A DNA stretch of 62,986 bases, the filler included, from Octopus bimaculoides (taxonomy: Eukaryota), in NCBI RefSeq assembly GCF_001194135.2. It is 5 parts of 5 records of this genome, joined end to end, with 100 filler letters (N's around TTAATTAATTAA, not from the genome) between each part and the next. Parts side by side here need not be neighbours in the genome. Positions count along the whole stretch, not along the records: positions 11,135 to 15,305 come from NC_068986.1; positions 15,406 to 43,628 come from NC_068996.1; 3 more parts are not named here. One strand, written 5' to 3'. Positions 11,512 to 23,038 of this stretch are shown here, one piece after another (positions within the stretch are counted from its first letter, which is position 1; the number at the start of each line of letters is the position of its first letter). The notes below the pieces were generated by a model that saw only the letters and a program-made list of their open reading frames with translations, was not told the origin of the DNA and did no database searches. The position numbers and the translations under genes were made by a program.

Positions 11512-11992
11512 AATATATATATAGTACCGCTGCCGTAGTCTCCTTTAGAGAGACTTAGAAATATTAATAACTCTATTTCTGAAAACCAGTGGATAGATTC
11601 CACTGAAATTAGATAAATAACCTTCGAACAGATAGTCAGCAGCGCCACCTGGCTGGAGCTTGGCTGCTCTGCATTGACAAGGGGCAACGNNNNNNNNNNN
11701 NNNNNNNNNNNNNNNNNNNNNNNNNNNNNNNNNNNNNNNNNNNNNNNNNNNNNNNNNNNNNNNNNNNNNNNNNNNNNNNNNNNNNNNNNNNNNNNNNNNN
11801 NNNNNNNNNNNNNNAATATATATATAGTACCGCTGCCGTAGTCTCCTTTAGAGAGACTTAGAAATATTAATAACTCTATTTCTGAAAACCAGTGGATAGA
11901 TTCCACTGAAATTAGATAAATAACCTTCGAACAGATAGTCAGCAGCGCCACCTGGCTGGAGCTTGGCTGCTCTGCATTGACAAGGGGCAACG
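11512..11992 (+). repeat. Identical 178-bp duplication (11512-11689 and 11815-11992) across an N gap
   Basis: Base-for-base identical at offset 303. The unit is bounded by (TA)n on both sides. Confidence 0.9.
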
Positions 11993-12007
11993 CCCTATAT
12001 ATATATG

Positions 12008-12182
12008 TGGTTCTAGGTAAATTCCACCATGGTATATTCCACCATGGTAAATTCCACCCATAGACAGACTTTCAATATAAGCTGCTCCTGCTAATAATCA
12101 CCGTGGTTAGTTTCTCTAGACCATGGGTCAATACCTATGTTATTTAATCCGCCGGTCTCTGAAATCTTAAGAAGAGAGAGAA

Positions 12183-12234
<52 letters not shown>

Positions 12235-12338
12235 TGAAGTTGAGATAGAAAATGATCTTTATAGTCTACTTGTATTTATTGACATTATTGATATTATTTT
12301 TTATGCATTCTTTTTTTATTTCCATAATATCGTAACCC

Positions 12339-12378
<40 letters not shown>

Positions 12379-12436
12379 TTCACCTATGATGAAATTTACC
12401 TGGTGGAATTTACCATGGTGGAATTTACCAGTCACC
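12008..12436. mobile_element. MULE-like MITE with tandem 15-bp subterminal repeats
   Basis: Left end GGTTCTA then about three GGTAWATTCCACCAT units. The right end is the inverted equivalent, ending ATTTACCAGTCACC. 9-bp flank ATATATATG at 11999-12007 and 12437-12445. Internal (GA)n and (AAT)n. Confidence 0.7.
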
Positions 12437-13214
12437 ATATATATGCACACGTTTATGAATTTGTATTGCAAGATTCCTGATGTGAAATCGTGTGTTGAAA
12501 TAGATATTGTTGTATTCCAGGATGGTCATTCTTATTTTTTATGCCAAATAAACACATGAACTATATACTCATTTTTCACTCATTTATTACTATTCTTATT
12601 CTAACTCATGTCTATTGTCTGGAAATCTTTCATCACACATCTGTGACCTCCTCAGCAACACTTTCCATCTTCATGTGTGCTCTTGCTCTGCTTATTCCAT
12701 TTTGTTCTTCTAGGACGTGTATCCTTATATGTGCATGCATCTGTCTTTGTGTGTAGGTGTACGTGTGTGTGTGTGTGTGTGTGTGTCATTGTTCTTAGTA
12801 GCACTATGACCCTTCCCTTAGCCCTGTCCCCTAACCCATTGCCACTGCTGTTGCTCTTGAAGCTGACTTTTTCTACCATTCTTGTAACTCACTATGTTTG
12901 TGTGTTCACCCATGCTGCTGCCATCATGGTAGTTGTTGTTGTTACCATTGTTGCTAGTCATGTTGTCGATATTGTTGCAGCTGTCTATGAAGTTACCATA
13001 TGTGTGTCTGTATGTGTATATGAGTTCATTTCCTATGCTATTTGTATTCGTGCCTTTATACAGTCTTTCTTTATGTCTCTAATTTTTTTTTATATTTATC
13101 ATAGGTATGTACATATATGTCTATTACACTGTTTGTATCAGGGGTTTGTTTGCTTTTTTCCCCTTCAGTCTTTAGTCATGTTGTGTGGTGTGGTGTGGTG
13201 TGGTGGTGAGGGTT

Positions 13215-14765
13215 ATTCTATTTGTGTTTTCTGTTGAGGCTCGATCTGACTATTGCTATGTGTGTAGCCTTTGTGATCTAAGTGCCATGTCATTTCTATA
13301 CGTTGAAAATACTTTGACCTGTATGCTATTGACTGAGCCTCTATGTTCTACTTGAACATATTGGTAGAGCTTTCTCGTCTTTGAGCTCTCGCCAGTGTTC
13401 ACCACTATGCTCTCCTATGCTGCATGCTGTCCTTCCAATGTAAGTAGTTGTCATGCTTCTGGACTGTCCCTCAGTATATCGTAAGCTATACAGTATATTC
13501 CTAATATTACAGTCAACCTGTGGGTTCATCTTACATACAATACAATTGTTCTCTGTGCATGGGTATCTATTGAAGGGATAAGTTTTACAGATCAGAGATT
13601 TTATAGGGGAACCAGGCCTTTCTACAACTTTAATCCGTAGATTGGCCTTATCTAATGTTTTTCTAAAAAGGTATATTAGTTTGCTGCCAGGGGTAGCATC
13701 AACAAACATGACACTGGTATTTTTTGTTGTCATAGCATGAGTTGGCCTTATCTATAATTTTTCTGGTCCTTTCTGTGCTGTTCCATGATTTATTCCTGTA
13801 TAGCGGGCAGATTCCCTTTGCATCACTCTCTATGATGGCTCTGTACTTAGCCTTGACTCCTTTGTACGCTCTAATCCTGTCACTTTGGTTGTAGCCAGAG
13901 AACTGCATGCAGTGGATGAAGTGTTGGATGTATCTTTTCAATTCAATAGGGTCGCACATGCTAGACTCTTTCCAAGTCTGCTATAAGAATATAGAACTTG
14001 GCATTGTCCACAATGGCTGTTCTTTTGGACCAGGTATTTAGAGGCCATGGATTTGGCATAATGGGAGTGAAGGATCTGCATCTTATTGTTCTTGGTTTCT
14101 AACCAGAGTTCCATGTCTAAAACTGGTAGCCTATAGTTGGGGTGCTTTTTAGGGTAGTCTATCATTACTTTGATACTCTGGTGGATGGAGTTAGCTATTT
14201 TCTGGAAGCTCTCCATAGTGTTAGCTTCTAGATCATCAACATTGTCTTGTTGGAGAACTTTGGCTACTATGTTGATATCATCCACATAGCAGGAGTACAT
14301 GGTTAGGGTTATGGAGTTCTCTGCTAATTTTTCCTTGAGTCTTCTATCCCACCAGACCATAAATAGGTTAGCCACATTGCCGGCGATACTGACACCGATG
14401 GCTGCACCTTCCTCTTGGGTGCATATCTTGTTATTAAACTTAAATATGTGGACCTTGAGTGTGATCTTGGTACTCACACCCACTGCCTGTGTGACCATCT
14501 TTTTAACCAGATCATAGTTTTTGGAGTTCCATCTCTCTCTAGGGGGGTCTTTCTGGCCATAGAAGTTATAGTAGGGAGTGTCTACCTCTTACCAATCTAG
14601 TGGGGCAGAAACAACTAAGGTCATGTAACCAATGTCAAATGTCAGTCTTAAGAATACTACATCCATACTGCCTATTATGCATCCCATCAGGTTGTAGGTA
14701 TAGTTGCAGTCCTTGATTCTGCTGAGGAGATCCTCTGTGCTGTCACACACATCTGGGGACATTTT
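13215..14765 (-). mobile_element. Penelope-like retroelement family 1, frameshifted RT + GIY-YIG relic
   Basis: STEDLLSRIKDCN..IIGSMDVV (RT), QEEGAAIGVSIAGNVANLFMVWWD, YSCYVDD, LPVLDMELW, MQFSGY..CPLYRNKSW, C..NNCIVC..C..RNILY..TYIGRT..EH, and a LNRK.(E/W)N end near 13215. Truncated at a SINE at 14766. Confidence 0.9.
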
Positions 14766-15030
14766 GAGACCCCCTTCAGTCATGAATGACCATGAGATTG
14801 CACCTAGAAAGTTACCCTCCGAGGCACAAGTCCGGGCCAAGTTGTTTATGGAAGACCAGCAGTCGCCCATACATACCAGTCTCCCCTCTCCACACCACTG
14901 ATGTTATCCAAGGGAAAAGCAAAGGCCAATACAGCTTAGCACCAGTGATGTCGCAACTCATTTCTATACCTGAGTGAACTGGAGCAAAGTGAAATAAAGT
15001 GTCTTGCTCAAGAACACAACACACAACTCA
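14766..15030 (-). mobile_element. SINE family C, tail type 2
   Basis: GAACTGGAGCAAAGTGAAATAAAGTGTCTTGCTCAAGAACACAAC (central domain, reverse complement) + tail AGACCCCCTTCAGTCATGAATG...TTGCACCTAGAAAGTTACCCT. Second copy at 18236-18547. Confidence 0.8.
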
Positions 15031-15042
15031 CAACCTGACAGT

Positions 15043-15082
<40 letters not shown>

Positions 15083-15728
15083 AATATATATATATATATA
15101 TATAAATAAAAACAAATACAAACGAACACGTATTAACAGAGTATATAGGTGATACAGACACTCCCCATACACACATGCACTTACAAAAGACACAGACACA
15201 TTGAAGGACACGCATGCGTAGACACATACAATAGGAATACAAAATACAAAATGGCTGATAGTTAGCAAGGTGAGACACACATAAGAAGGAAGGAAACAAA
15301 GGACCNNNNNNNNNNNNNNNNNNNNNNNNNNNNNNNNNNNNNNNNNNNNTTAATTAATTAANNNNNNNNNNNNNNNNNNNNNNNNNNNNNNNNNNNNNNN
15401 NNNNNCATTCTCTCGTTTAACTGTGAGGAAGGAAGACTAGGAAATTCTTTTTCGAACGAAACACTGCAAAATGCAGCGTTCGTGTCACAAAGATTTTCAT
15501 GGCTACAAGACGCCATCGTCTCAAAAAAAAATGGCTAGAAAGCCGAAATTGGTTTTTATATCCTGGAAATGTGCCACACAGGGCAGATTTCCGTCGCAAA
15601 AAACTTGCACCAGAGAGTCTACAAGTTGTTATACAACTTTGTATATAAAATAAACTTTACAAACAAACTTTTTAAAACATGAAAAAGGCAAAACTTACAG
15701 AGCCGACACGTCTACCGTCCGTCCATAG

Positions 15729-15760
<32 letters not shown>

Positions 15761-16217
15761 GAACATATATTCACACACACACACACATACACAGCGAAAC
15801 CAACTAAAACTACCATTTGTGGTAAGAAAAATATATCTTAAGCAGTCGATAAATAGGGATCGATACAATATGTACCAGACTGAAGTTAACAGGTCGATTT
15901 CATTGATTGAAAGCCACTCTGGTTTGCTCCTACATGGCTGCAATCCAAAGAAAAACAGATTTGATATCAACGTTTGTGTGTGTATTCGTTTTGTGTGTGC
16001 GCGCGCATGAGTACGTGTGTGTGTGTGTGAGAAGAAGAAAGACACAGATACAAACAGTATAATACATTAACTCATATGCGTGCACATACAAAAGACATAC
16101 ATAAACATACTTAAGGTGGAGTGAGAAATAAAATAGAGATGAATAAATAAACTAATGAAAAAACTAAATAAAGGACATGGGTACAAATATTATAGTAAAC
16201 AAACTCATATACACATA

Positions 16218-16260
<43 letters not shown>

Positions 16261-16270
16261 NNNNNNNNNN

Positions 16271-16309
<39 letters not shown>

Positions 16310-16313
<4 letters not shown>

Positions 16314-17580
16314 AGAAAATAGATACAATAACAATGGTAAACTCGTGGTTTGTCTTTAATTAAATAGATAATAAAGAAGGAAAAAGCAGAGATGCGGGTA
16401 GCATTTACGATCGTTTCAATTTACTGGTTTAAGTATTGCCCCCACAATACAACATGGACGTCGATACACCTAATTATTTATGCGGCTGTAGGGATAGAAC
16501 AAAGTGCCATTTCTCAAATAGATGTAAGACAAATAACGTAGTTTACCAATGTGACATCCGCACAAACAACCAGACATAGGTGCAACTAAGAACCAAATGA
16601 TTCTCAGATATAATATGCATCTATCCAGCTTCAGAAATAGGAATAAGGCTAACTCAACTGGGCTAAATGCATACAGTTGGGAACTTAAGGATAAAAATAT
16701 AGATTTTAGCTTAAACTGGCGTATACTCACAAAACCAACCTGCTACAACACCGCAAATAGACGCTGCGATCTCTGTCTATCAGAACGCCTAGCTAAGCAA
16801 ACCCTTCTCAACAGGAAATTTGAGAACAACAAATTTTGTCTTCACGTGGACCTTTATGTATTTTCGAAATACTGGTAGAATAGCCTCTCTTGTCTTCATC
16901 GAGCCCTCTACGCCTTCATATTCCCAAACTAGAATGTTCATCTATATAAGTCTAATTAACAGGGTAACACATTAAACACACGAATAGTCACCCCGCAAAC
17001 CTACTCACCCCAAACATTCCATAATAATACACTTTGCAAATACTTAAGGCCCCACCTAGCACTAAGAACTTCCTAAACTCTAGCAATAAGACAATTATTA
17101 GCCATAACACATTTTCAAACCACCTAATATTTGGTATGAGTTAGCTCCCTTTTCACTCTGCAAGAGTTATCCCCTTCACTTACACCGCCGGTGTTACTAA
17201 TCGTAAAACGGAATACACACGTGCGAAAAATGTGCTTAATTAAACTAGGAAACCCTCACCTAAATTATACTCACCCTGCTCTAATTACCCAACGAAATTA
17301 ACCAATCTACCACAATCAAACCTCTACCCAGCGCAAGAGCAAACCTTTAATGTAAGAATTACCACTTTGTTTACATTACCATCACATATGTATCAATTAT
17401 TTTCACATCCTAACCGATCTATATTCGCATTCTGAAGAGACTTACTTAAACCAGTAACTTGAAACGATTGTAAATGCTACCCTCATCTCTGCTTCTTCTT
17501 TCTTTGTTATCTATTTAATTAAAAACATACCAGCGAAAACCACGAGTTTCTCATTGTTACTATATCCAATTTCTTCTCCT
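16310..17580 (+). mobile_element. Penelope-like element family 2: 3' fragment (GIY-YIG) with 3' pseudo-LTR and an inverted partial pseudo-LTR at the 5' end
   Basis: CGCRDRTKC..C..NNVVYQCDI, then after a frameshift IGATKNQMILRYNMHLSSFRN..NSTGL..W.LK..WRIL..YNTANRRCDLCLSE..LNRK (16480-16878). 16310-16435 is the reverse complement of about 17440-17578. Confidence 0.85.
17427..17477 (+). ncRNA. Type I minimal hammerhead ribozyme (predicted cleavage after GUA, 17472)
   Basis: GCATT-CTGAAGA-GACTTACT/TAAACC/AGTAACTT-GAAA-CGATTG-TA-AATGC: 5-bp stem I, complete core, 8-bp stem II with one mismatch. Confidence 0.85.
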
Positions 17581-18235
17581 ATATAACCTAAACTCCGAAC
17601 CACCTGCTACCGTACAACCTTACAAAAGACTGTACATACCCAGCTAATAACCAGGAGCGACTCTGGATGTAATTATCCCTTAGAGGNNNNNNNNNNNNNN
17701 NNNNNNNNNNNNNNNNNNNNNNNNNNNNNNNNNNNNNNNNNNNNNNNNNNNNNNNNNNNNNNNNNNNNNNNNNNNNNNNNNNNNNNNNNNNNNNNNNNNN
17801 NNNNNNNNNNNNNNNNNNNNNNNNNNNNNNNNNNNNNNNNNNNNNNNNNNNNNNNNNNNNNNNNNNNNNNNNNNNNNNNNNNNNNNNNNNNNNNNNNNNN
17901 NNNNNNNNNNNNNNNNNNNNNNNNNNNNNNNNNNNNNNNNNNNNNNNNNNNNNNNNNNNNNNNNNNNNNNNNNNNNNNNNNNNNNNNNNNNNNNNNNNNN
18001 NNNNNNNNNNNNNNNNNNNNNNNNNNNNNNNNNNNNNNNNNNNNNNNNNNNNNNNNNNNNNNNNNNNNNNNNNNNNNNNNNNNNNNNNNNNNNNNNNNNN
18101 NNNNNNNNNNNNNNNNNNNNNNNNNNNNNNNNNNNNNNNNNNNNNNNNNNNNNNNNNNNNNNNNNNNNNNNNNNNNATATATATATATATATATATATAC
18201 ATATGTATATATGTATGTATGTATATATATATAAA

Positions 18236-18547
18236 GACCCCCTTCGTTCATCAATGAGCCTGTGATTGCACCTAGAAAGTTACCCTACTAAGCACAAAGT
18301 CGTTTATGGAAGACCGCCAGTCGCCCATGCACACCAGTCTCTTTTCTCCATGCCACCGATGTTACCCAAAGGTCAATGTAGCATAGTACCAGTGACGTCG
18401 CAACTCATTTCTACAGCTGAGTGAACTGGAGCAACGTAAAATAAAGTGCCTTGCTCAAGAACACAACACATAGCCCGGTCCGGGAATCGAACTCATTAGC
18501 TCATGATTATGACACCGACGCTCTAACCACTAAGCCATGTGCCTTCA
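18236..18547 (-). mobile_element. SINE family C, tail type 2, full-length
   Basis: Collinear with 14766-15030 and extends into the tRNA head (reverse complement GGCACATGGCTTAGTGGTTAGAG...GAGTTCGATTCCC). Confidence 0.85.
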
Positions 18548-18941
18548 CTATATGTGTGTGNNNNNNNNNNNNNNNNNNNNNNNNNNNNNNNNNNNNNNNN
18601 NNNNNNNNNNNNNNNNNNNNNNNNNNNNNNNNNNNNNNNNNNNNNNNNNNNNNNNNNNNNNNNNNNNNNNNNNNNNNNNNNNNNNNNNNNNNNNNNNNNN
18701 NNNNNNNNNNNNNNNNNNNNNNNNNNNNNNNNNNNNNNNNNNNNNNNNNNNNNNNNNNNNNNNNNNNNNNNNNNNNNNNNNNNNNNNNNNNNNNNNNNNN
18801 NNNNNNNNNNNNNNNNNNNNNNNNNNNNNNNNNNNNNNNNNNNNNNNNNNNNNNNNNNNNNNNNNNNNNNNNNNNNNNNNNNNNNNNNNNNNNNNNNNNN
18901 NNNNNNNNNNNNNNNNNNNNNNNNNNNNNNNNNNNNNNNNN

Positions 18942-19292
18942 GGGATTAAGTCGATTACATCGACCCCAGTGCGTAACTGGTACTTAATTCACCAACACAC
19001 CAACGTCGCTCCATCCGAAAGGATGAAAGGCAAAGTCGACCTCGGCGGAATTAGAACTCAGAATGTGACGGCAGACGAAATACCGCTAAGCATTTCGCCC
19101 GGTGCGCTAACGTCTCTACCAGCTCGCTGCCTTTCAGTTTCTTTCAGTTTCTGTCTACCAAATCCACTCACAAGGTTTTAGTTGGTCCGAAGCTTTAGCA
19201 GAAGACACTTACCCAAGGTGCCACGCAGTGGGACTGAACCCGGAACCATGTGGTCGGTAAGCAAGCTATTTACCACACAGCTACTCCTGCGC
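18942..19292 (-). mobile_element. SINE family A (18942-19125) abutting a SINE family B 5' half (19135-19292)
   Basis: Family A body GGATGAAAGGCAAAGTCGACCTCGGCGG; family B CAAGGTGCCACGCAGTGGGACTGAACCCGG. Confidence 0.85.
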
Positions 19293-19679
19293 TTATATAT
19301 ATGTGTGTGTGGTGTGTGTGTGTGTGTTTGTCTGTGTGTGTAATACATATATAAGGTATTATGTGTATGTGCGTGTATGTGTATGTGCGTGTATGTGTAA
19401 TACATATATAAGTTATGTATGTACGTGTGTGTGGGGGGGTATACATGTATACTTCCATGTTTGCTTCAGAAGGGATTATTTTCAAGAAGTTTTATAGAAA
19501 CAATAACATATATGACAGCATGTAAACATGAATATATACAAACATATGTATATATATATATATAAATTATATATGTTTATGGGAAAAAATGATGTTTTTT
19601 TTTTCCTTATGAGGTTTTTTCACGCTGACTACTTAATAAATTCTTATGAAGATTTTATCTTTACATTATATTATATATA

Positions 19680-19762
<83 letters not shown>

Positions 19763-19989
19763 ATGTGTATGTATGTTTGTATGTATGTATAATGTTGTTT
19801 TTTCTTACAAAATGGTTTCTTTTTTACACAGTTGCTTGGAAGTGCTCAGGGCGAACCCGAGACGCTAGACACTATATAACTTGGTTTAAGAAGAAACATT
19901 TCGATAATCATTCTATAGTCATGATTTACATCAACATAATAAATTCATATAGCCCAAAATTACAGCAAGACATGGAACATATCTATATA

Positions 19990-21222
19990 TTATTCAGATA
20001 GAAATAAGTATTACATGTGGTAAAAATATACGTGAAAAGTATTCAAATAAAAAGTGATATATCGATTAAAAATCATGTTTAAATTTAAGATTTAAAAACG
20101 TTGAATTAAGGATTAAAAGTTGTAAGATACATCGGCGGCAATGAGAAATCCTTACGATGGATTTTAAAGTTTAGAAGAGTTCAGAAGAAATGCTTAAATG
20201 CTTATAGAGTGTTATAACATCACATATGAAGCAATTCGACGGCCGTTTCACACTAACAATGTCTCCTTCATCAGGAATAAGTAACTAGATAATTAATTTT
20301 GAAGAAATGTAAGAAAAGAGAAAATTTTAGGTTACACTATGTGAGTCGTCTGCTACTCTATCAGATACGGAATACTTTTACGATTATTAACGCTTATATA
20401 CGAAAAGAAATTTCTAGTGGAGGATGATGGGAGATTTTTTTTTAAATCGGTTTTTCAAAACTTTCCGGAAATAATTAATTGCTAAGAAGCAGGGCTGCCA
20501 AATACTTCATTCCTTATATATAGAGAGCTTCATGAAAGATGAGTGAAATTTGAGTACATGAATGAATGGTATCAGAGAATTTATTTAATGTGCCTGAATT
20601 ATATGATTTAAGAATAATGTATGATTCTCTAATGCCTAAATTACATTTGTTACTTATAACATTATAGGGGAGGGAGTTTCCTAGTATAGGCAAAGAAATT
20701 TTATAATTAATGTTGTTATTCCTTAAATTATGTATATATATATAAGGCTAGAGTAGTAGAATTTTTATATTTAATGTTAATAAATAAATTTCAATGCGTT
20801 CTTTATCTTTCTGGGTTTTTTTTTTAATTCAACAGTACTACCTATATATGTTCTAGCTTCATACTTATCTGATACTACTGTACATTTATTTACTACATAT
20901 CTACGGAGGCAGAATCCTTCAATTTATTGTTACTATTATCTATATTTTGTGGGGGTGAATTTCAAGGCTACCGACGAATTAGAGTCATTTGTATCTGATG
21001 TTGAATTATATGGATTAGGTGTTCCGGATATACTTATATTATTTATACTTGGTTTCCTATCAGTGTTAAATGTCTTGAATGCTTGATATTTGATTTTGTT
21101 TTTATTTATTGATGCTATAATTGATCTTAAATTTGGCATTGTGGAATAAGAAAATTTTATAGAAGATTTATTGCATATTCGACAATATTTGTGATATTTT
21201 GGAAAATTATGTATATATATAT
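19990..21222 (-). mobile_element. Penelope-like element family 2, decayed 3' part with pseudo-LTR
   Basis: HNFPKYHKY..I.NK..IKFSYSTMPNL.SII (21222-21100), TYIGST, NSTTLALY, PYNVISNKCNL..RE, LNK (20880-20560). Hammerhead downstream on the same strand. Confidence 0.75.
20234..20278 (-). ncRNA. Type I minimal hammerhead ribozyme (GUC triplet)
   Basis: Minus strand: ATTC-CTGATGA-AGGAGACATTGTTAGTGT-GAAA-CGGCCG-TC-GAAT. 4-bp stem I, palindromic stem III, weak stem II. Confidence 0.75.
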
Positions 21223-21812
21223 NNNNNNNNNNAAGGTACAACAAACAAGCAGGCCACATAGAGAACATATCCTTCATCAGATATATATATACACATACAC
21301 GCACACAAATACAAATAAGTATGTAAATGTAAATATTTCTATATCAATATATATGTGTGCTCGGGGGTACTTGCGTTTGCGTGTATCTCTGTGAACGCTT
21401 GTATATGTGTGCATTAGTTTTATAGTATTGCTCTGCTACACTAAAAGCATCGATCTTTCCTCCCGCAATCTGTTTTCATATTGTTGCAGTTACGCTGTTG
21501 TTGTTGTTTTTGTTGTTACTGTTGTTCTGGATCTTGCTGTTGCTAGTTTTTGTTGTTCAGTAATCTGTCGAAGGTTTTGTTCAGCGTACTGAAACAATCT
21601 GAGCAGTCCGATTGAACTTTTATTAGACGCTAAGCTGTTACCACTTTCACCCGTGCATTACGATCAGGTTCTGTTTAAGTGACAAGCATATACACATGTA
21701 TACTATACAGAATATATATATATATATATATATCCCGAACGTTATACCAATACATCCATTTGTTGTTTACACCACCTGTCTTCGTCTGTTTTTTTTTTTC
21801 GTGAATTCTCCC

Positions 21813-21895
<83 letters not shown>

Positions 21896-21914
21896 ATATA
21901 TTCTGTATATGGTT

Positions 21915-22188
21915 GGTACGACGAGGGTTCCAGTTGATCCGATCAACGGAACAGCCTGGTCGTGAAATTAACGTGCAAGCGGCTGACCACTCCACAGACA
22001 CGTGTACCCTTAACATAGTTCTCGGGGATATTCAGCGTGACACAGAGTGTGACAAGACTGACACTTTGAAATACAGGTACAACAGAAACAGAAAGAAAGT
22101 TGTGGTGAAAGAGTACAGCAGGGTTCGCCACCATCCCCTGTCGGAGCCTTGTGGAACTTTAGGTGTTTTCGGTCAATAAACACTCACA
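21915..22188 (-). mobile_element. Retroposon sharing the tail type 3 module of 10622-10800 but with a different 5' part
   Basis: ACGAGGGTTCCAGTTGATCCGATCAACGG...GAAATACAGGTA is shared. The two copies diverge immediately after that. Confidence 0.7.
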
Positions 22189-22760
22189 NNNNNNNNNNNN
22201 NNNNNNNNNNNNNNNNNNNNNNNNNNNNNNNNNNNNNNNNNNNNNNNNNNNNNNNNNNNNNNNNNNNNNNNNNNNNNNNNNNNNNNNNNNNNNNNNNNNN
22301 NNNNNNNNNNNNNNNNNNNNNNNNNNNNNNNNNNNNNNNNNNNNNNNNNNNNNNNNNNNNNNNNNNNNNNNNNNNNNNNNNNNNNNNNNNNNNNNNNNNN
22401 NNNNNNNNNNNNNNNNNNNNNNNNNNNNNNNNNNNNNNNNNNNNNNNNNNNNNNNNNNNNNNNNNNNNNNNNNNNNNNNNNNNNNNNNNNNNNNNNNNNN
22501 NNNNNNNNNNNNNNNNNNNNNNNNNNNNNNNNNNNNNNNNNNNNNNNNNNNNNNNNNNNNNNNNNNNNNNNNNNNNNNNNNNNNNNNNNNNNNNNNNNNN
22601 NNNNNNNNNNNNNNNNNNNNNNNNNNNNNNNNNNNNNNNNNNNNNNNNNNNNNNNNNNNNNNNNNNNNNNNNNNNNNNNNNNNNNNNNNNNNNNNNNNNN
22701 NNNNNNNNNNNNNNNNNNNNNNNNNNNNNNNNNNNNNNNNNNNNNNNNNNNNNNNNNNNN

Positions 22761-23038
22761 AATAGTTACCACTTTGTACCTAGGTTTCGAACACTAATGA
22801 ACAAATAAAATAATTAGCGTCTAATAAAAGTTGGTACATATATTTTTATTCGCTGCCGACTATAACTGCGCTCGCGGTAAATTTGAAAAATTATAATGTA
22901 TAAATATGGAATATGTGCTGTCTATTTGTCCGATAATTATACGTTAATTATTAGTGCCCTTGCTGATGAAGAACACAGATAACAAATTATCTTATTTGTT
23001 CATTAATGTTCGAAACCTAGGTACAAGTGGTAACTATT
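22761..23038. repeat. About 45-bp inverted repeat (22761-22805 / 22994-23038); probable PLE inverted pseudo-LTR remnant
   Basis: AATAGTTACCACTTTGTACCTAGGTTTCGAACACTAATGAACAAAT vs ATTTGTTCATTAATGTTCGAAACCTAGGTACAAGTGGTAACTATT. The arm covers the 3' half of a hammerhead. Confidence 0.8.
22959..23027 (+). ncRNA. Type I minimal hammerhead ribozyme with extended stem II (GUA triplet)
   Basis: CTTG-CTGATGA-A-GAACA..(AGATAA/TTATCT hairpin)..TGTTC-GAAA-CCTAGG-TA-CAAG. Confidence 0.85.

Noticed and set aside
11815-11992. Apparent tandem duplication
   Set aside because: 100% identity on both sides of a gap points to an unmerged contig overlap; read depth is needed to call it real.
12677-13237. 186-aa hydrophobic ORF on +
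   Set aside because: Built from (TG)n and GTT/GCT-rich low-complexity sequence behind the PLE; no motif.
21261-21290. CTGATGA on the minus strand next to a PLE
   Set aside because: No GAAA box or stem III follows. Same for CTGANGA hits near 41443 (transposase SDEH codons), 44762, 49544, 58431 and 61356.
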